Numbered from the stretch's first letter, positions 1 through 12,214 are shown. The stretch: DNA of 64,000 bases from Vulcanimicrobiota bacterium (GCA_050250895.1 JBFWNU010000008.1:192001-256000); one strand, 5' to 3'. The notes: generated from the sequence alone by a model not told the origin. Translations and numbers: made by a program.

Positions 1-527
<527 letters not shown>

Positions 528-679
528 GTGCTCTCCGTGCAATGAAAGAATTGCTTGGAGTCTACCTGTGCGGGCCCGAAAGGTCAAGGTGAAATGTTTA
601 GAGGCCCGGCCGCGGTTCGATGGGGGGACGTCTATTCCGCGGCCAAGTCGGCTGGGCCGACTCCGAGGGGCCTCTCGGC

Positions 680-719
680 ATTGTCTCATGGTTGTATATG
701 TATTGTCAATGTTTTGTCT
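680..719 (-). promoter_or_regulatory. Sigma70-like promoter of gcvP overlapped by four direct repeats with 11-bp period
   Basis: Minus strand TTGACA (704-709), 18 bp, GACAAT (680-685); + strand TTGTCT/TTGTAT/TTGTCA/TTGTCT at 681, 692, 703, 714. Confidence 0.55.
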
Positions 720-1812
720 ATATTTGTTTGTCGAGGGCGACATCACCGACAAGAAGCCATTCCGGATGGTCTTCGACTCCCGGTCGGGCCGGCTCGGGAT
801 CAAGTAGAGCCGCCAGGCCTCGCGGGTCGACCGCGGCCAGACCGTCGGCCCCGGGGACGAGCACCAGACCGCCGGGGCCTTCTATCGGTTGTTCGAGACG
901 ATGGGGAAAGACCTCGCTCCACAGTTTGTGGCCCCGGTCGTCAAAGGCAAGCAGCTGCTTTCCGGCTCCTACCATCAGGGTGCCGTCGGCCAGCTGGTGG
1001 GCTCCGCCTTCGATGAAATCGCCACAGTCGGCCGAGAAGACAACCTTGCCATCGGGTTCAAGGGCGTAGAGATGGTGATCGAAGCTGGTCACGTAGATGC
1101 GCCCGTTGGCACCGGCCAGGGGCCGCCCGCGAATCTCGCCTTTGGCCCGAAAGACTTCGGAGCTTTCCCCTTTTGGGTCGAGTTTGAAGAGCCGTCCCTC
1201 GCTGTTGCCGGCCCAGATGTTCCCATCGGGACCGACCGTCAGGGGAGAATTGAGCCGCTCGGGGAGCTTGCGGGTCCAACTGTTGTCGCCATCGACCCGG
1301 ACCACTTCGTCAAAGACGGTGCGCAGGACGACTTCGCCGTGCGGCCCCAAGACCGGGACCCCCACCGAGCGATGAGGGAGAGGATGACTCTCCAGTTCTT
1401 CGCCGTCTTTAGACAACACCACCAGGCGAGAACCCTGCGGCCCATCGACGCCGACGTAGACCTGACCCTGGCCGTCGACAGCGGGTCGGATCGACAGCAT
1501 CTGTTGGTCCTCTCCCCAGCGAGAAATCTCGTGGCCGGCCGGGTCAAAGAACTGCAGACCTTTGCCTCCGGGCGCGTGCACGAAGCCCCCGTCAGGCAGA
1601 GCGGCCGGCTGAAAGGGGGTCCACTTGTCGAGCTTCTGGCGAAATACGGCCTGGCCGTGCCGATCGAACTTGTAGCGCGTCCGACCGTCGCAGACCAGGT
1701 TGACCTGATCGACCGGCGCCTCGATGTTCGGGCGGCCGTCGGTTTCGACTTGCCATACGCGATAGCGACCTGCACGTTCCAGCAACCGATGAGCAGAGGT
1801 GGCGGGAATCAT
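718..1812 (-). CDS. PQQ-binding-like beta-propeller repeat protein
   Basis: Repeated P..G.DG.IY/W.G...G.LYAL..G blades ([45 protein letters not shown]). Confidence 0.75.
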   Translation of the reverse strand: MIPATSAHRLLERAGRYRVWQVETDGRPNIEAPVDQVNLVCDGRTRYKFDRHGQAVFRQKLDKWTPFQPAALPDGGFVHAPGGKGLQFFDPAGHEISRWGEDQQMLSIRPAVDGQGQVYVGVDGPQGSRLVVLSKDGEELESHPLPHRSVGVPVLGPHGEVVLRTVFDEVVRVDGDNSWTRKLPERLNSPLTVGPDGNIWAGNSEGRLFKLDPKGESSEVFRAKGEIRGRPLAGANGRIYVTSFDHHLYALEPDGKVVFSADCGDFIEGGAHQLADGTLMVGAGKQLLAFDDRGHKLWSEVFPHRLEQPIEGPGGLVLVPGADGLAAVDPRGLAALLDPEPARPGVEDHPEWLLVGDVALDKQI

Positions 1813-1855
1813 CCGCCTAGACTGTAGCCGGTTGGTCTGAAAGAACCCTTACTGG

Positions 1856-2243
1856 CTAGACCACTGGGATCACGTTGATGATGACCATAGCCTGGGCACT
1901 TCCCGCCGAGGTCGTCAGTTGATAGGTGAAGCTATCCGTTCCAACAAAGTCCGCATCGGGGAGATAGATGAACGAACCGTCGGCGTTGAGCGTGAGGCTC
2001 CCGTGAGGCGGTGACTCGACCAAGCTCGCCGTGCCTGGAGGTGAGAAGATATCGTTGGCCAGAATTCCGGTCGCTGCCGAGATGACCAGGATCGTATCTT
2101 CGTCTGTTTGGTAGCTGTCGTCGAAAGCGGTTAGCGGCGGCTTCATCGTTCAAGTGGTGAGCCACCTTGGCGAGGGGGTCAAAGACGATCAGTTCTTCCC
2201 CGACCTCGGAAAAAAGAAGGTCATTTCTGACGACGGGACTCAC
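1856..2243 (-). pseudogene. Probable deletion remnant: PqqD/RRE-like N-terminus (from 2243) joined out of frame to a tandem-95/cadherin-like Ig domain (1856-2146)
   Basis: Frame A: MSPVVRNDLLFSEVGEELIVFDPLAKVAHHLNDEAAA (PqqD-like start). Frame B: AFDDSYQTDEDTIL...GILAND...PPHGSLTLNADGSFIYLPDADFVGTDSFTY (Big_9-like). Confidence 0.55.
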
Positions 2244-2373
2244 TGCCTGTTACTGCTTCCTGACCGGGCGCTGCGATTTCGGGCCTTCGGCGCCAATCAC
2301 GCTCGAGTATAGTCAGAACTTGTGTAGGGTTTTGCCTCGAATGTATCAGTTCTGTGTCTATTGGTTGGAACTC

Positions 2374-2898
2374 TCAGCGCGCCGACGGCGGGCTGACGGA
2401 GTCGGAGGTGGGCGTCTCGCCGGCTGGCTCGAAGGTCAGGGCTGCTGAGTTGATGCAGTAGCGCAGGCCGGTGGGTTTAGGCCCATCGGTGAAGACGTGA
2501 CCCAGGTGGCCGCCGCAACGACTACAGTGCACCTCTACCCGGGGAATCATCAGGCTGTAGTCGTGGGTGCGGCCCACCGCCCCAGGGGTGGCAGGCGCCC
2601 AGAATGACGGCCAGCCAGTGCCCGAGTGAAATTTTTCTTTGGAGGTAAACAGTTCCTGGTGGCAGCCGGCGCAGTAATACCGGCCGGCCTCTTTCTTGTC
2701 ATAAAGGCTTCCGGTGAAAGCTCGCTCGGTGGCGTGCTTGCGCAACACCCGAAATTGCATCGGTTCTAGCCTGGCCTTCCACTCGGCCTCGCTCATGCTG
2801 ACAGCAAACTTCTCGCCGGTGGCTACCGGTCGATGGAAGTAGCGCCACAGGGCAAAGCTCGTGACCACCAGCAAGAACGACAGCATCGCGTATTTCAT
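2374..2898 (-). CDS. msrB: Peptide-methionine (R)-S-oxide reductase with N-terminal membrane anchor
   Basis: TERAFTG, CxxC, KFHSGTGWPSF, RVEVHC..CGGHLGHVF.DGP.PTGLRYCINSAAL motifs; GGAGG RBS before ATG 2898. Confidence 0.95.
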   Translation of the reverse strand: MKYAMLSFLLVVTSFALWRYFHRPVATGEKFAVSMSEAEWKARLEPMQFRVLRKHATERAFTGSLYDKKEAGRYYCAGCHQELFTSKEKFHSGTGWPSFWAPATPGAVGRTHDYSLMIPRVEVHCSRCGGHLGHVFTDGPKPTGLRYCINSAALTFEPAGETPTSDSVSPPSAR

Positions 2899-3013
2899 CG
2901 GCAACCTCCAACGGGCTGCAACCGGTCACGGCCAGATTCGGTTCCAACCGCGACGCCCGCGTCAAGGGTGGTGGGCCGGACGGGCCCGAAAACTTCCGCT
3001 GCGGTGGGCGCCC

Positions 3014-3880
3014 TTATCCGAAGGCCAGGACCACCACGGTAAGGTCGTCGCGGCGTCTGGGCGTGAACGCCTCGACCTCGGCCAGCAAGCGCTCGGCCAG
3101 GTCGCCGGCACCCAGGCGTGCGTGGCGGCGGAGCGTCCGGGCCAGGCGCTCTTCGCCGAAGAACTCGCGCTGCAGGTTGCGAGCTTCGGTGAGGCCGTCG
3201 GTGTAGAAGATGACGCGATCACCGGGCTGCAGTTGAATCTCGACCTCGTGGAAGCAGGCCTCGTCGTAGAGGCCCAACGGCAGGGCGGCCGGGCAGAGCA
3301 ATTCGTAGACCCGGTCGGCCCGCCAGAGTAGGGGCGGGGCGTGGCCGGCGGTGCTCAGTTCGAGGCGACCCGAGCGGGGGTCGAGATGGGCGCATACGGC
3401 GGTGGTGAAGAGCCCGCGGTAGTCCCGGCCGTGCAAGCGCTGGTTGGTGCTGCTCAGCACCTGCTCGGGCGACTCTCCCCCGCTGACGGCGGCGTTGAGC
3501 AGTGTGCGGCAGCAGGCCTGATAGAGGGCGGCGGGGATGCCTTTGCCGGCGACATCGCCCAACAGGATGGTGACCCCCCCCGAATGCTCGATCAGGTCGA
3601 AGAAGTCGCCGTTGAGTTCGTGGCAAGCCCGGGTGCGCCCCTGGATTTCGAAGGTCTGGCCGGCCAGCCACTCGACCTGGCCGGCGGTCTGGAGTTCGCA
3701 GGCGCGGTTTAATTCGTGCTGGATCCGCTCCTCTTCGGCGTGGCTCGAGAGAACGGGATGAAGCACCACCGCTCCGGCCAGCACCACCAGGCTGGTGGCT
3801 ACCGGTCCCAGGCTCCACCAGGCGGCGGCCACCAGGGCCAGGCTGATGAGGTGTAAGTGTCGTCGTTGGACTGCAGTCAT
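3014..3880 (-). CDS. PP2C/SpoIIE-family Ser/Thr phosphatase with N-terminal TM segments
   Basis: GDFFD, LGDVAGKGIPAAL, AGHAPPL, YTDGLTEA, DDLTVV motifs. Confidence 0.9.
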   Translation of the reverse strand: MTAVQRRHLHLISLALVAAAWWSLGPVATSLVVLAGAVVLHPVLSSHAEEERIQHELNRACELQTAGQVEWLAGQTFEIQGRTRACHELNGDFFDLIEHSGGVTILLGDVAGKGIPAALYQACCRTLLNAAVSGGESPEQVLSSTNQRLHGRDYRGLFTTAVCAHLDPRSGRLELSTAGHAPPLLWRADRVYELLCPAALPLGLYDEACFHEVEIQLQPGDRVIFYTDGLTEARNLQREFFGEERLARTLRRHARLGAGDLAERLLAEVEAFTPRRRDDLTVVVLAFG

Positions 3881-4056
3881 GTTGCCCCTCCGCCAACAGC
3901 ATAACTTGTGGGCGTATCACGACTTTGTCTGTTTGTATCAGATCTTGCCTGAGCTGTCGAGAACTTGCTGGAACTGGCTCTGGAAACTCGACGGGTTGCT
4001 GCCCGGGGGTCCCTACCGTGGCAGGGCCGGTGTGCCCGGAAACAGAAGCCCGCAAA

Positions 4057-5802
4057 ATGGTCCGTTTGCTGATCAAGGCCAGTTTGGCCGGCTTCACGGG
4101 AGCCACTCTCGGTGGCCTCATGGCTGGCCTGATTTCGATCGCTCGCAGCAGCGGCCTGGGTTACGCTACCCAGGTCGGTCTGGCTAGCCTGCTGGTCATG
4201 GTCCTGATGATCGGCCTGGTGAACACGGTGTCGGGTCTGGTGACCCGCTCTTCCAAGAGTGCCACCCTGGCCGGACTGGTCGTGGGCGGGTTCGCCCTGA
4301 TGCTCTGGTATCCCAGTCAAGGGGCCGAGTTGGCGAGCCTGGGTCTGGGCGCGGTGGGCGGGGCGGCGCTGATCAATCTGCTGGTGTTCTTGCGCATGCC
4401 CAAGGGCAGCCAGACCGGGCGGGCCAAACTGGTTCGCATGACCCTGGCTGCGGCCCGCGAGATCGCCTCTAAAGGAACCGCGTCCGATGCCGCTCTGGCT
4501 TATACCGAGGCCTTTAAACTGGCCGAGGCCACCCTGGGGGCCGGTCACCCGGATACCCTCGAAGCGGTGCTGGGTCTGGCTGAGGCCCGCCTGCGAGCCG
4601 GGGCCCACGATCAGGTTTTGACTCTTCTAACCGAGGTTCGCCAGCCGGTCGAGGAGATGTTCGGGCCCGAGTCGGCCGAATTGGCCCGGGTGCTCGAAGG
4701 TCTGGCCCTGGCCGGGGGGGTCGATGGCGACGCCCTGGAGCGGGCGGTGGCTATCCGCCGCCAGTTGGACCCGCCGCTAGGCCTGGCCGAGACCTTGACC
4801 AGCCTGGGCAAGTGGCGCGTGCAGGCCGGTCAGAGCGAAGCCGGGCTCGAGGCCCTCGACGAGGCCTGCCAATTGGAGGAAGCGCCGGCCCTCTGCTGGC
4901 TTGAGTATGGCCGAGCCCTGGCCAGCAGCGGCCGTCGCGAACAAGCGGTCGAGGCGCTGGGACAGGTCCATCGAGCCCCGCAGCGCAGTGACCGCCTGCG
5001 GGCGAGCGCTTATCTCGCCCTGGCCGAGGTCGAGACCGAGAAGGCCACGGGTCACTACCTCAAAGCGCTCAAGCTGCTGCAGTTCGGCGACGCCGAGTTC
5101 GAGGCCGCCTTCTTTGGCCACGCCACCGTGGCCAAGGGCGACGCGTTGGGTAGGTTCTTGCAGGCCGCCGCCTCGGGCCAGGCCCTGGTCGAGGCCATCG
5201 AGGCCTGCCCTGAGGGCCCGGCCTATCAGGGTCCCGAGGGCTGGTCGGCGCTTCACTGGGCCGCCGCCCGCGGCGATCTCGAGCAGGTCGAGCTGTTGCT
5301 CGAGCATGGCGCCGTGCCGCGCGATGGACGAGCTTCTCCGCTGCACCTGGCCTGTGCCTCTGGCCATCGAGAGGTGGCCGCCCGGCTGCTCGAGGCCGGG
5401 GCCGAACTCGACACGCGCGATAGCTATCATCTGCGGTCACCACTCTTTTTTGCCACCATGGGTGGCGACGTCGAGTTGATTCGCTTGCTGGCCGAACAGG
5501 GGGCCGAAGTCGACACCGAGGATGGCTTCGGACAGCGCCCTTTGCATTATGCCTCGTTTAGCGGCAACACCGAGGTGGTCCGGGCTCTGGCCGAGTTGGG
5601 GGCCGATCTCGACGCGGCCGACCGAGAGACCGGCCAGACGGCTCTGCACGTGGCCGTAGCCCGCAACCGGGTGGGCTGCGTCAAGGCTTTGCTCGAACTC
5701 GGAGCCGACCCCTCGCGGCGCGAACGACTGGCCGGTTGGACGGCCCGCGATCTGGCCCTGCAGACGGGCAAGTCGGCTCTGGCGGGGCTTTTTCCTGAGT
5801 GA
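4057..5802 (+). CDS. Membrane protein with TPR and ankyrin repeats
   Basis: About four N-terminal TM helices; TPR-like LGAGHPDTL; ankyrin motifs GWSALHWAA, SPLHLAC, GQRPLHYAS, GQTALHVAV. Confidence 0.8.
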   Translation: MVRLLIKASLAGFTGATLGGLMAGLISIARSSGLGYATQVGLASLLVMVLMIGLVNTVSGLVTRSSKSATLAGLVVGGFALMLWYPSQGAELASLGLGAVGGAALINLLVFLRMPKGSQTGRAKLVRMTLAAAREIASKGTASDAALAYTEAFKLAEATLGAGHPDTLEAVLGLAEARLRAGAHDQVLTLLTEVRQPVEEMFGPESAELARVLEGLALAGGVDGDALERAVAIRRQLDPPLGLAETLTSLGKWRVQAGQSEAGLEALDEACQLEEAPALCWLEYGRALASSGRREQAVEALGQVHRAPQRSDRLRASAYLALAEVETEKATGHYLKALKLLQFGDAEFEAAFFGHATVAKGDALGRFLQAAASGQALVEAIEACPEGPAYQGPEGWSALHWAAARGDLEQVELLLEHGAVPRDGRASPLHLACASGHREVAARLLEAGAELDTRDSYHLRSPLFFATMGGDVELIRLLAEQGAEVDTEDGFGQRPLHYASFSGNTEVVRALAELGADLDAADRETGQTALHVAVARNRVGCVKALLELGADPSRRERLAGWTARDLALQTGKSALAGLFPE

Positions 5803-7601
5803 TCACGACCAGCGAATTGAAGAGGACCCTGCGGGAGGTCTTCGGGTTCGAGAATTTCCGCGGTCTGCAGGCCGACGTCATCGAGCACGTACTGGGTGGG
5901 GGAGACTGTCTGGTGCTGATGCCCACCGGCGGTGGCAAGTCGTTGTGTTACCAGTTGCCTTCCATCGCCGCACCGGGGACCGGGGTGGTCATCTCGCCTT
6001 TGATCGCGCTGATGGACGATCAGGTGGGCTCGCTGGTGCAGATGGGCGTGCGCGTGGCCTGCCTGCACTCGGGGCTTGAGTGGGAAGAGCAGAAGGGCAT
6101 CGAGCAGGCCCTGCGCCAGGGTCGCCTGGACCTGATCTACGTCTCGCCCGAGCGGGCCCTTAGCCCGCGTTTTGGCGAGCTTCTGGCAGCCTGCCGCCTG
6201 GCTCTTTTCGCCATCGACGAGGCTCACTGTGTCTCGCAGTGGGGCCACGACTTCCGGCCCGAGTATCTGCAGCTTCGCGAGTTGTGCGACCGGTTTCCTG
6301 ACACGCCTCGGCTGGCCTTGACGGCTACGGCCGACGCCCCCACCCGCGGCGACATTCTCGAGCGCCTGGGATTGCGCCGGCCAGCTCAGTTCGTGGCCGG
6401 TTTCGATCGGCCCAATATCTTCTATCAGGCCGTGGTCAAGTCTTCGGCGATGCAGCAGTTGACCAGCTTTCTCAAGCGCGAGCACGCGGGCGACTCGGGC
6501 ATCGTCTATGCCCAGACCCGGACCCGCGTCGACAAGGCGGCCAATCGCCTGCGCGAGCTGGGTTTCGAAGCTTTGCCATATCACGCTGGCATGGACAACC
6601 AGCAACGCCAACACAATCAGCAGCGGTTCTTGCGCGAAGAAGGACTGATCGTGGTGGCCACGGTGGCTTTCGGAATGGGCATCGACAAGTCCAACGTGCG
6701 TTTCGTTTGCCACCTGGACATGCCCAAGAGTCTAGAGGGTTATTATCAAGAGACGGGGCGAGCCGGACGCGACGGCCTGGCGGCTAACGCCTGGATGGGC
6801 TACGGCTTGGCCGACGTCATCGGCATGCGCCAGCTGTTGGCCACCTCGAACGCTCAAGAGCGCCAGCGTCGCATCGAGCGTCACAAGCTCGACGCCATGC
6901 TGGGGTATTGCGAGACCACGGCCTGCCGCCGTCGGGTGCTGTTGAGCTATTTCGGAGAAGACCCTCCCGAGAACTGCGGGGCCTGTGACAACTGTCTCGA
7001 TCCCCCGGCCACTTTCGATGCCACCGAGGTGTCCCAGAAGCTCTTATCGTGCGTTTATCGCACTGGTCAACGTTTCGGAGCGCGCTATTTGGTGGATGTG
7101 CTGATGGGCAAGTCCGACGAACGGATGGAGAGCTATGGCCACCACAAGTTGACCACCTTCGGCATCGGCAAGGAGTTGGGGACGGCCCAATGGATGTCGG
7201 TGATCCGGCAACTGGTGGCGGCCGGTTTTCTCAGCGTCGACATCGAAGGTTTCGGTGGCCTGGTTCTCACCCCCCGGGCCCGGCCGGTGCTCAAGGGGGA
7301 AGAAACGATCCGCCTGCGGCGCGACCCCGAGAGCAAGAAGACGCGCGGGCCAAGAACCAGTTTCGAAGGCCCGGTGGATTCCGAACTGTGGAGCGCCCTG
7401 CGCCAGAAGAGGCTCGAGTTGGCCCGGGCTCAGGGCGTGCCGCCCTATCTCATTTTTCACGACAGCACTCTGCACGCTATGGTGGTCGAGCGCCCTCGTG
7501 ACTTGCGTTCGTTTGCGGGCCTGCCGGGGGTGGGCAGCAAGAAGCTCGATAGCTACGGTCAGGCTTTTCTGTCGGTGCTCGAGGCCCACACGCCGGGCTA
7601 G
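5799..7601 (+). CDS. recQ: ATP-dependent DNA helicase RecQ
   Basis: [46 protein letters not shown] zinc motif, HRDC ([12 protein letters not shown]). Confidence 0.97.
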   Translation: MITTSELKRTLREVFGFENFRGLQADVIEHVLGGGDCLVLMPTGGGKSLCYQLPSIAAPGTGVVISPLIALMDDQVGSLVQMGVRVACLHSGLEWEEQKGIEQALRQGRLDLIYVSPERALSPRFGELLAACRLALFAIDEAHCVSQWGHDFRPEYLQLRELCDRFPDTPRLALTATADAPTRGDILERLGLRRPAQFVAGFDRPNIFYQAVVKSSAMQQLTSFLKREHAGDSGIVYAQTRTRVDKAANRLRELGFEALPYHAGMDNQQRQHNQQRFLREEGLIVVATVAFGMGIDKSNVRFVCHLDMPKSLEGYYQETGRAGRDGLAANAWMGYGLADVIGMRQLLATSNAQERQRRIERHKLDAMLGYCETTACRRRVLLSYFGEDPPENCGACDNCLDPPATFDATEVSQKLLSCVYRTGQRFGARYLVDVLMGKSDERMESYGHHKLTTFGIGKELGTAQWMSVIRQLVAAGFLSVDIEGFGGLVLTPRARPVLKGEETIRLRRDPESKKTRGPRTSFEGPVDSELWSALRQKRLELARAQGVPPYLIFHDSTLHAMVVERPRDLRSFAGLPGVGSKKLDSYGQAFLSVLEAHTPG

Positions 7602-10483
7602 GACGGTTGAGAAGCCAACAGCTGCTCGAGTTCGGCCCGGGCGGCCGCGGTGGCCTCGGAGTGGGGCTCGGTCTGCTCTAGCAGGCGCAAGCGTTTTTCG
7701 AGCAGTAGCCGATAGTACCAGCCTTCGCCGGCGCGAGCCAGGGCCAGGGCCTGGTCGAGCACGGCCAGCGCCTCGGGGTAGGCGGCATGGCTGGTCTGAA
7801 TGTCGGCCAGGATCGAGAGGAAATAGGTGTGGCCAAGCTGGGCTCCGGTGGCCTGAATCTGCTCGAGCGCTTTGAGACTTTGGGCCGAATCGCTGCGGGC
7901 CAGCGCTTGCATGAGGTGACCCATCCCGAGCCACAGAGGAAGCTCGTGTTCGGCCGCCACCTCGACCAACCGCTCGCCCGTCTGCCGAGCCGGAGCGTCG
8001 TAGCCTAAGTGCAGCTGCAGCCAGGCCTCGAAGAAGAGGCTGTGGGCGATGGTGTGAGCGTGGCCTAGCTCGTCGGCCAAGAGAGCCGCCCTGCGATTGG
8101 TCTCTTGAGCCTTCTCGACCGCCCCCAGAAACCACTGAGTCCAGGACAGATAAGACAGACTGGCGGCCACCGGATGGGTGCCCAGATAGGCGATGCCCAG
8201 TTCGCGATGTTGGTCCGGCTCGAACAGCTCGATGGCTTCTTCCAAAAGTTTGGCCGCTCGCCGATAGTGGCCCCGATAGAAGGCGGTCTGGCCGGCGGTG
8301 GCCCGCGCCACCAGACGCTCGGTGGCCCCGCCCTGGGCGGCCAGGTTGGTCAAAGCGGCCACCAGCTGATCGGCTTCATCCAGCCGGCCCCGCACCAGGT
8401 GATAGGCCCACAGACCGGCCAGAGCGGGAAACAGGGGAGGAGGGTCGCCGAGCTGGGCGCACAGCTCGCGCACCCGGTCGAACGCTTTCTCTACCCGGGC
8501 GTGGGCGTAGCCGCGGCAGGCAATGACGGCGCTGCCGAGGCCCAGTTGAAGTTCGATCTCGGTGGCCGGCTGGCCCTCGGGCAGCAACCGAATGGCCTGA
8601 TCCAGCAAAGACTCGGCCTCGCGATTGGCCGAGGCTCGCAAGGCGCGCTGGCCAGCCTGAGCCAGATAAGGCACGGCTCGTTCTGGCTGGTCGCTAGCGG
8701 CATAGTGAAAGCCCACCAGTTCGGGGCGTCGATTGGCCAGTTCAGAAAAGAGCTGATCGAGCACTTCGGCGACCCGCAGATGGATGGCCTGACGGGACTT
8801 CTTGAGCAGGGTCTGATAGGCGATCTCCTGGACCAGGGCCTGGCGGAAGAAATAGTCTTCACGGCGAGCCTGCTCGAGCAGGGCGTCGGCCACGCAAGCC
8901 TCAAGTCCCGCTTGCACGCGCTCGGGTTGGTCGGGGTCGAGCGCCAGCAACAACGACTGGTGGAAAGTGCGGCCGATGGTGGCTCCTTTCTGGGCCACTT
9001 CCTTGTGCTCTCCCAGCCCGTCCAGGCGAGCCATGATCAGGTCGCGCAGGCGGGCCGGGGTCTCGTCTGAACGCAGGCGTGCCAGTTCGATGGCATAGAG
9101 CGGGTTGCCGTCGGCCCGCTGGACGACCTTCTGCAACCTGGTCTGGTCGAGTTCGGGGCCGCTGGCCAGTTGGGCCAACCTGGCCACCGTGGCGTCCTCG
9201 AGGGCGTCAAGTTCGATGGCCTGGCCAAGGTCGCTCTCGAGCGGGCGGCGACTCACCACCAGCAAGAGAATTGGCACCTCTTCGAGCTGAACGCTCAGTC
9301 GCACCAGACAGTCCTGGGTAGAGGGATCGGCCCAGTCGGCGTCTTCTAGCACCAACAGCAGCGGCCGTTGGCGAGCCATCGAGCACCAGAGGGTGTGGAG
9401 GGCTTCGATGGTGCGTCGGCGCGAACGCCCCCCGGGGAGAGTCTGCACGTGACCGGTCAAGGCGAGCAGTTCCTCCTCGAGGCCGGCTTTAAAGACAGAC
9501 GGCGCCTTCGCCTCGAGAGCAGCCTTGAGGTCGGTCGCCGGGTTGAAGCGAAACTCGCGAGCCAGTTGGTCTTTGATGGGAAAGAACGCGCTCTCCTGGC
9601 TGTCGGGGTGACAGTAGAGCGAGACCAGATAGTGTCCGTCTTCGACCACCTGATCCTTGAGCCATTGGACCAACCGGGACTTGCCGATACCCGCCTCACC
9701 CCGCAGGCAAAGGGCCAGACCGCGGCCGCCGGCTGCCTGGGACCAGGCGGCCGCTAACCGGGACTGGGCGGCCTCGCGGCCCAGCAAGGGCAGCTGACTT
9801 CGTTGTTGGCGGGCCTGACGACGGCTTGAACTGGGATCGAGCAACTCCTGGGCCAGAAAGACCTCGGTCGGGCCGGCTACACCTTTGAGATGCTGGGGGC
9901 CCAGGGACGGGCAGCGCACCCAATCACGCACCAGCTCGTGAGTCGCCTGGCTGAGGGCCACCTGGTCAGGCTCGGCCAGACCCTGAATGCGGGCCGCCAC
10001 ATTGGGCGTCTCGCCCAGCGCCAGGTGCTCGCGGTGATCGCCGGCCCCCACTTCGCCGATGACCACCATGCCGGTGTGAATACCAGAACGAACCTGGACC
10101 GGAAAGGGTAGGGCCGAGTTCAGCTCTTGCAGGCCGTCGCGAATACCCAGCGCGCTGCGCACGGCCCGGAGTGGACCGTCTTCGAGGGCGGCGGGATAAC
10201 CGAAATAGGCTAGAATGCCGTCACCCAGGTACTGGGCGATGTGGCCTCGATTGCCCTCGATCTCGCGAGCGCACAGGGCCTGATAGGCGGTCAACACCTC
10301 ACGCAGCTCTTCGGGATCAAGCTCTGACGAGAGCTGGGTCGAGCCCACCAGATCGCAAAACAAGACCGTCAACTGACGGCGCTCGGCTTCCGGGCGCGGG
10401 GGAGCCGCTACCAGCGGCTGGCCGCATTGGCCGCAGAACTTGAAACCGTCGGGGCTCTCGAAGCCACAGCCTGAACACTTCAT
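7598..10483 (-). CDS. Class III adenylate/guanylate cyclase with zinc ribbon, AAA ATPase and TPR domains
   Basis: CxxC...KFCGQCG; [16 protein letters not shown]; YLGDG; [11 protein letters not shown]; Walker [11 protein letters not shown]. Confidence 0.92.
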   Translation of the reverse strand: MKCSGCGFESPDGFKFCGQCGQPLVAAPPRPEAERRQLTVLFCDLVGSTQLSSELDPEELREVLTAYQALCAREIEGNRGHIAQYLGDGILAYFGYPAALEDGPLRAVRSALGIRDGLQELNSALPFPVQVRSGIHTGMVVIGEVGAGDHREHLALGETPNVAARIQGLAEPDQVALSQATHELVRDWVRCPSLGPQHLKGVAGPTEVFLAQELLDPSSSRRQARQQRSQLPLLGREAAQSRLAAAWSQAAGGRGLALCLRGEAGIGKSRLVQWLKDQVVEDGHYLVSLYCHPDSQESAFFPIKDQLAREFRFNPATDLKAALEAKAPSVFKAGLEEELLALTGHVQTLPGGRSRRRTIEALHTLWCSMARQRPLLLVLEDADWADPSTQDCLVRLSVQLEEVPILLLVVSRRPLESDLGQAIELDALEDATVARLAQLASGPELDQTRLQKVVQRADGNPLYAIELARLRSDETPARLRDLIMARLDGLGEHKEVAQKGATIGRTFHQSLLLALDPDQPERVQAGLEACVADALLEQARREDYFFRQALVQEIAYQTLLKKSRQAIHLRVAEVLDQLFSELANRRPELVGFHYAASDQPERAVPYLAQAGQRALRASANREAESLLDQAIRLLPEGQPATEIELQLGLGSAVIACRGYAHARVEKAFDRVRELCAQLGDPPPLFPALAGLWAYHLVRGRLDEADQLVAALTNLAAQGGATERLVARATAGQTAFYRGHYRRAAKLLEEAIELFEPDQHRELGIAYLGTHPVAASLSYLSWTQWFLGAVEKAQETNRRAALLADELGHAHTIAHSLFFEAWLQLHLGYDAPARQTGERLVEVAAEHELPLWLGMGHLMQALARSDSAQSLKALEQIQATGAQLGHTYFLSILADIQTSHAAYPEALAVLDQALALARAGEGWYYRLLLEKRLRLLEQTEPHSEATAAARAELEQLLASQPS

Positions 10484-11001
10484 TGGGGACGGGATTTCTC
10501 GCGCCGCAGGCAGCCCAGCAATTCGCGGGCCAGCGTCTCGGCGAAGCTATAGGGAAACACCAGGGTGCGGTCTTCCGGAACGCGATAGACCTGATCGCCC
10601 TCGAGCCAGATCATGATCATACCCATGTTGTCTTCATCTTGATAGACGCTCTCGCGACGTTTGGGCTCGACCTTGCGAATGGCCTTGACGAAGAACTCCC
10701 GGCGATGGCCCGGCCGCTCGTCGATGTGAACCTTGCCGCCCTCGACCGTGACCCGCGTGAAGCCTTTGCGATTCATTCCAAACAAGAACAGCAGGGCCAG
10801 GCAGAGGAAAAATGCGCCCACCGTGCCCGCCACCAGGTACTCGGGCGGGCCGGCCAGCTTGAGGGCCGTGGCCACCATGGCCGGACAGCCCACCAGCAAC
10901 ACCAGCGGCTTGCCGCTCATCAGATTGAATGGCAAGGCGTATTCGACTTCGAAGCGGTCAGGACTCACTGCTTGCGAATTTCGATTCTGGGCCGACTTCA
11001 C
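10480..11001 (-). CDS. Hypothetical membrane protein (two TM segments, PH-like C-terminus); start uncertain
   Basis: ORF whose stop overlaps the cyclase start; two hydrophobic stretches. Confidence 0.55.
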   Translation of the reverse strand: MKSAQNRNSQAVSPDRFEVEYALPFNLMSGKPLVLLVGCPAMVATALKLAGPPEYLVAGTVGAFFLCLALLFLFGMNRKGFTRVTVEGGKVHIDERPGHRREFFVKAIRKVEPKRRESVYQDEDNMGMIMIWLEGDQVYRVPEDRTLVFPYSFAETLARELLGCLRREKSRPQ

Positions 11002-11050
11002 CTACCGGTCGCCAGGGGGACCAGGACCCGGGTGTGGCGTAAGCGCCCCC

Positions 11051-12214
11051 ATGCTAGAATTGGGCGATCGCAGTTTGTTTCCTCACCTCGAGGCGCGAGC
11101 CTATCTCGGTCACTGTGCCATCTCGCCCTGGTCGACGGTGGTGGTCGAGGCGCTCGAGCGAGCCAGCCACGAGTGGGCCCGCCACGGTGTGCATGCCTTT
11201 TTGGCTCAAAAGGCCGACCGCGACGCTCTGCGATTAGATTTGGCTCGCCTGGTGGGGGCCGAGCCTGACGAGATCGTGCTGCTGCCCAACGTGACCTCGG
11301 CCGCGGTGGCCGTGGCCCATTGCTTCGATTGGCGCCAGCGCGACCGGATACTGTTGTGGCGGGGCGAGTTTCCCACCAACGTCACTCCCTGGCAGGCGGC
11401 CGCGGCCCACTTTGAGCTCGAGCTGGCCTGGCTCGATACCGACCTGTTTCTCGACCACCCCGAGGCCGGGCTCGCCGCCTTCGAGGCCGAGCTAAAGCGC
11501 GGGCTTCGGCTGGCGGCGGTCAGTCTGGTCGAGTTTCAGACGGGCTTGCGGATGCCGGTCGAACGGCTGGCTCGACTGGCTGGCCAATACGGCTGTCGTC
11601 TGTTCGTCGACGGTATCCAGGCGGCTGGAGCCATGCCCATCGATTGTCTGGGCTGGGGGGTCGACTTTCTGGCCGTGGGCAGCCACAAGTGGTTGATGGC
11701 TCCTGACGGGGCCGGCTTTCTCAGGGTGGCCCGCTCGGCCTGGGGCGATCTGGTTCCCCGCCTGGCCGGTTGGCTCAGCCACACCGATGCCCTGGACTTT
11801 CTGTTCCTGGGCGAGGGTCATTTGCGTTATGACCGTCCCTTCAAAAAGGACCCCACCTTTCTCGAGTCGGGCAGCCTCAACAGTCTGGGCTATGCCGGTC
11901 TGAAGGCTTCCGTCGGGCTTTTGCTCGAGCTCGGGCCGGCCGCCATTTTCGACCACATTCAAGCCTATCTCGACCCGCTCGAGGCCGGTCTGGTCGAACT
12001 GGGATTCACCAGCCTTCGTCGTGGCCACGGACGCTCGGGCATTCTGGCTCTGCAACCCCCGGCCGGACATCAGGCCAGCGAACTGGTGGCCGGACTAAAA
12101 GAGCACGGGGTCATTGCCAGCCACCCGGACGGGCTCTTGCGGCTGGGGCCGCATTGGCCCAACCCTCACCCCGAGGTAGAGTTAGTTCTTTCGGCCGTGC
12201 GCCAGTGTCTTTAG
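11051..12214 (+). CDS. Class V PLP-dependent aminotransferase (cysteine desulfurase/selenocysteine lyase-like)
   Basis: VDGIQAAG, GSHKWLMAPDGAGFL PLP-lysine motif, EFPTNV. Confidence 0.88.
   Translation: MLELGDRSLFPHLEARAYLGHCAISPWSTVVVEALERASHEWARHGVHAFLAQKADRDALRLDLARLVGAEPDEIVLLPNVTSAAVAVAHCFDWRQRDRILLWRGEFPTNVTPWQAAAAHFELELAWLDTDLFLDHPEAGLAAFEAELKRGLRLAAVSLVEFQTGLRMPVERLARLAGQYGCRLFVDGIQAAGAMPIDCLGWGVDFLAVGSHKWLMAPDGAGFLRVARSAWGDLVPRLAGWLSHTDALDFLFLGEGHLRYDRPFKKDPTFLESGSLNSLGYAGLKASVGLLLELGPAAIFDHIQAYLDPLEAGLVELGFTSLRRGHGRSGILALQPPAGHQASELVAGLKEHGVIASHPDGLLRLGPHWPNPHPEVELVLSAVRQCL

Noticed and set aside
531-680. Glycine riboswitch upstream of gcvP
   Set aside because: The conserved aptamer motifs (GGAGA, CCGAAG, CUCUCAGG) are not present in the expected arrangement on the minus strand
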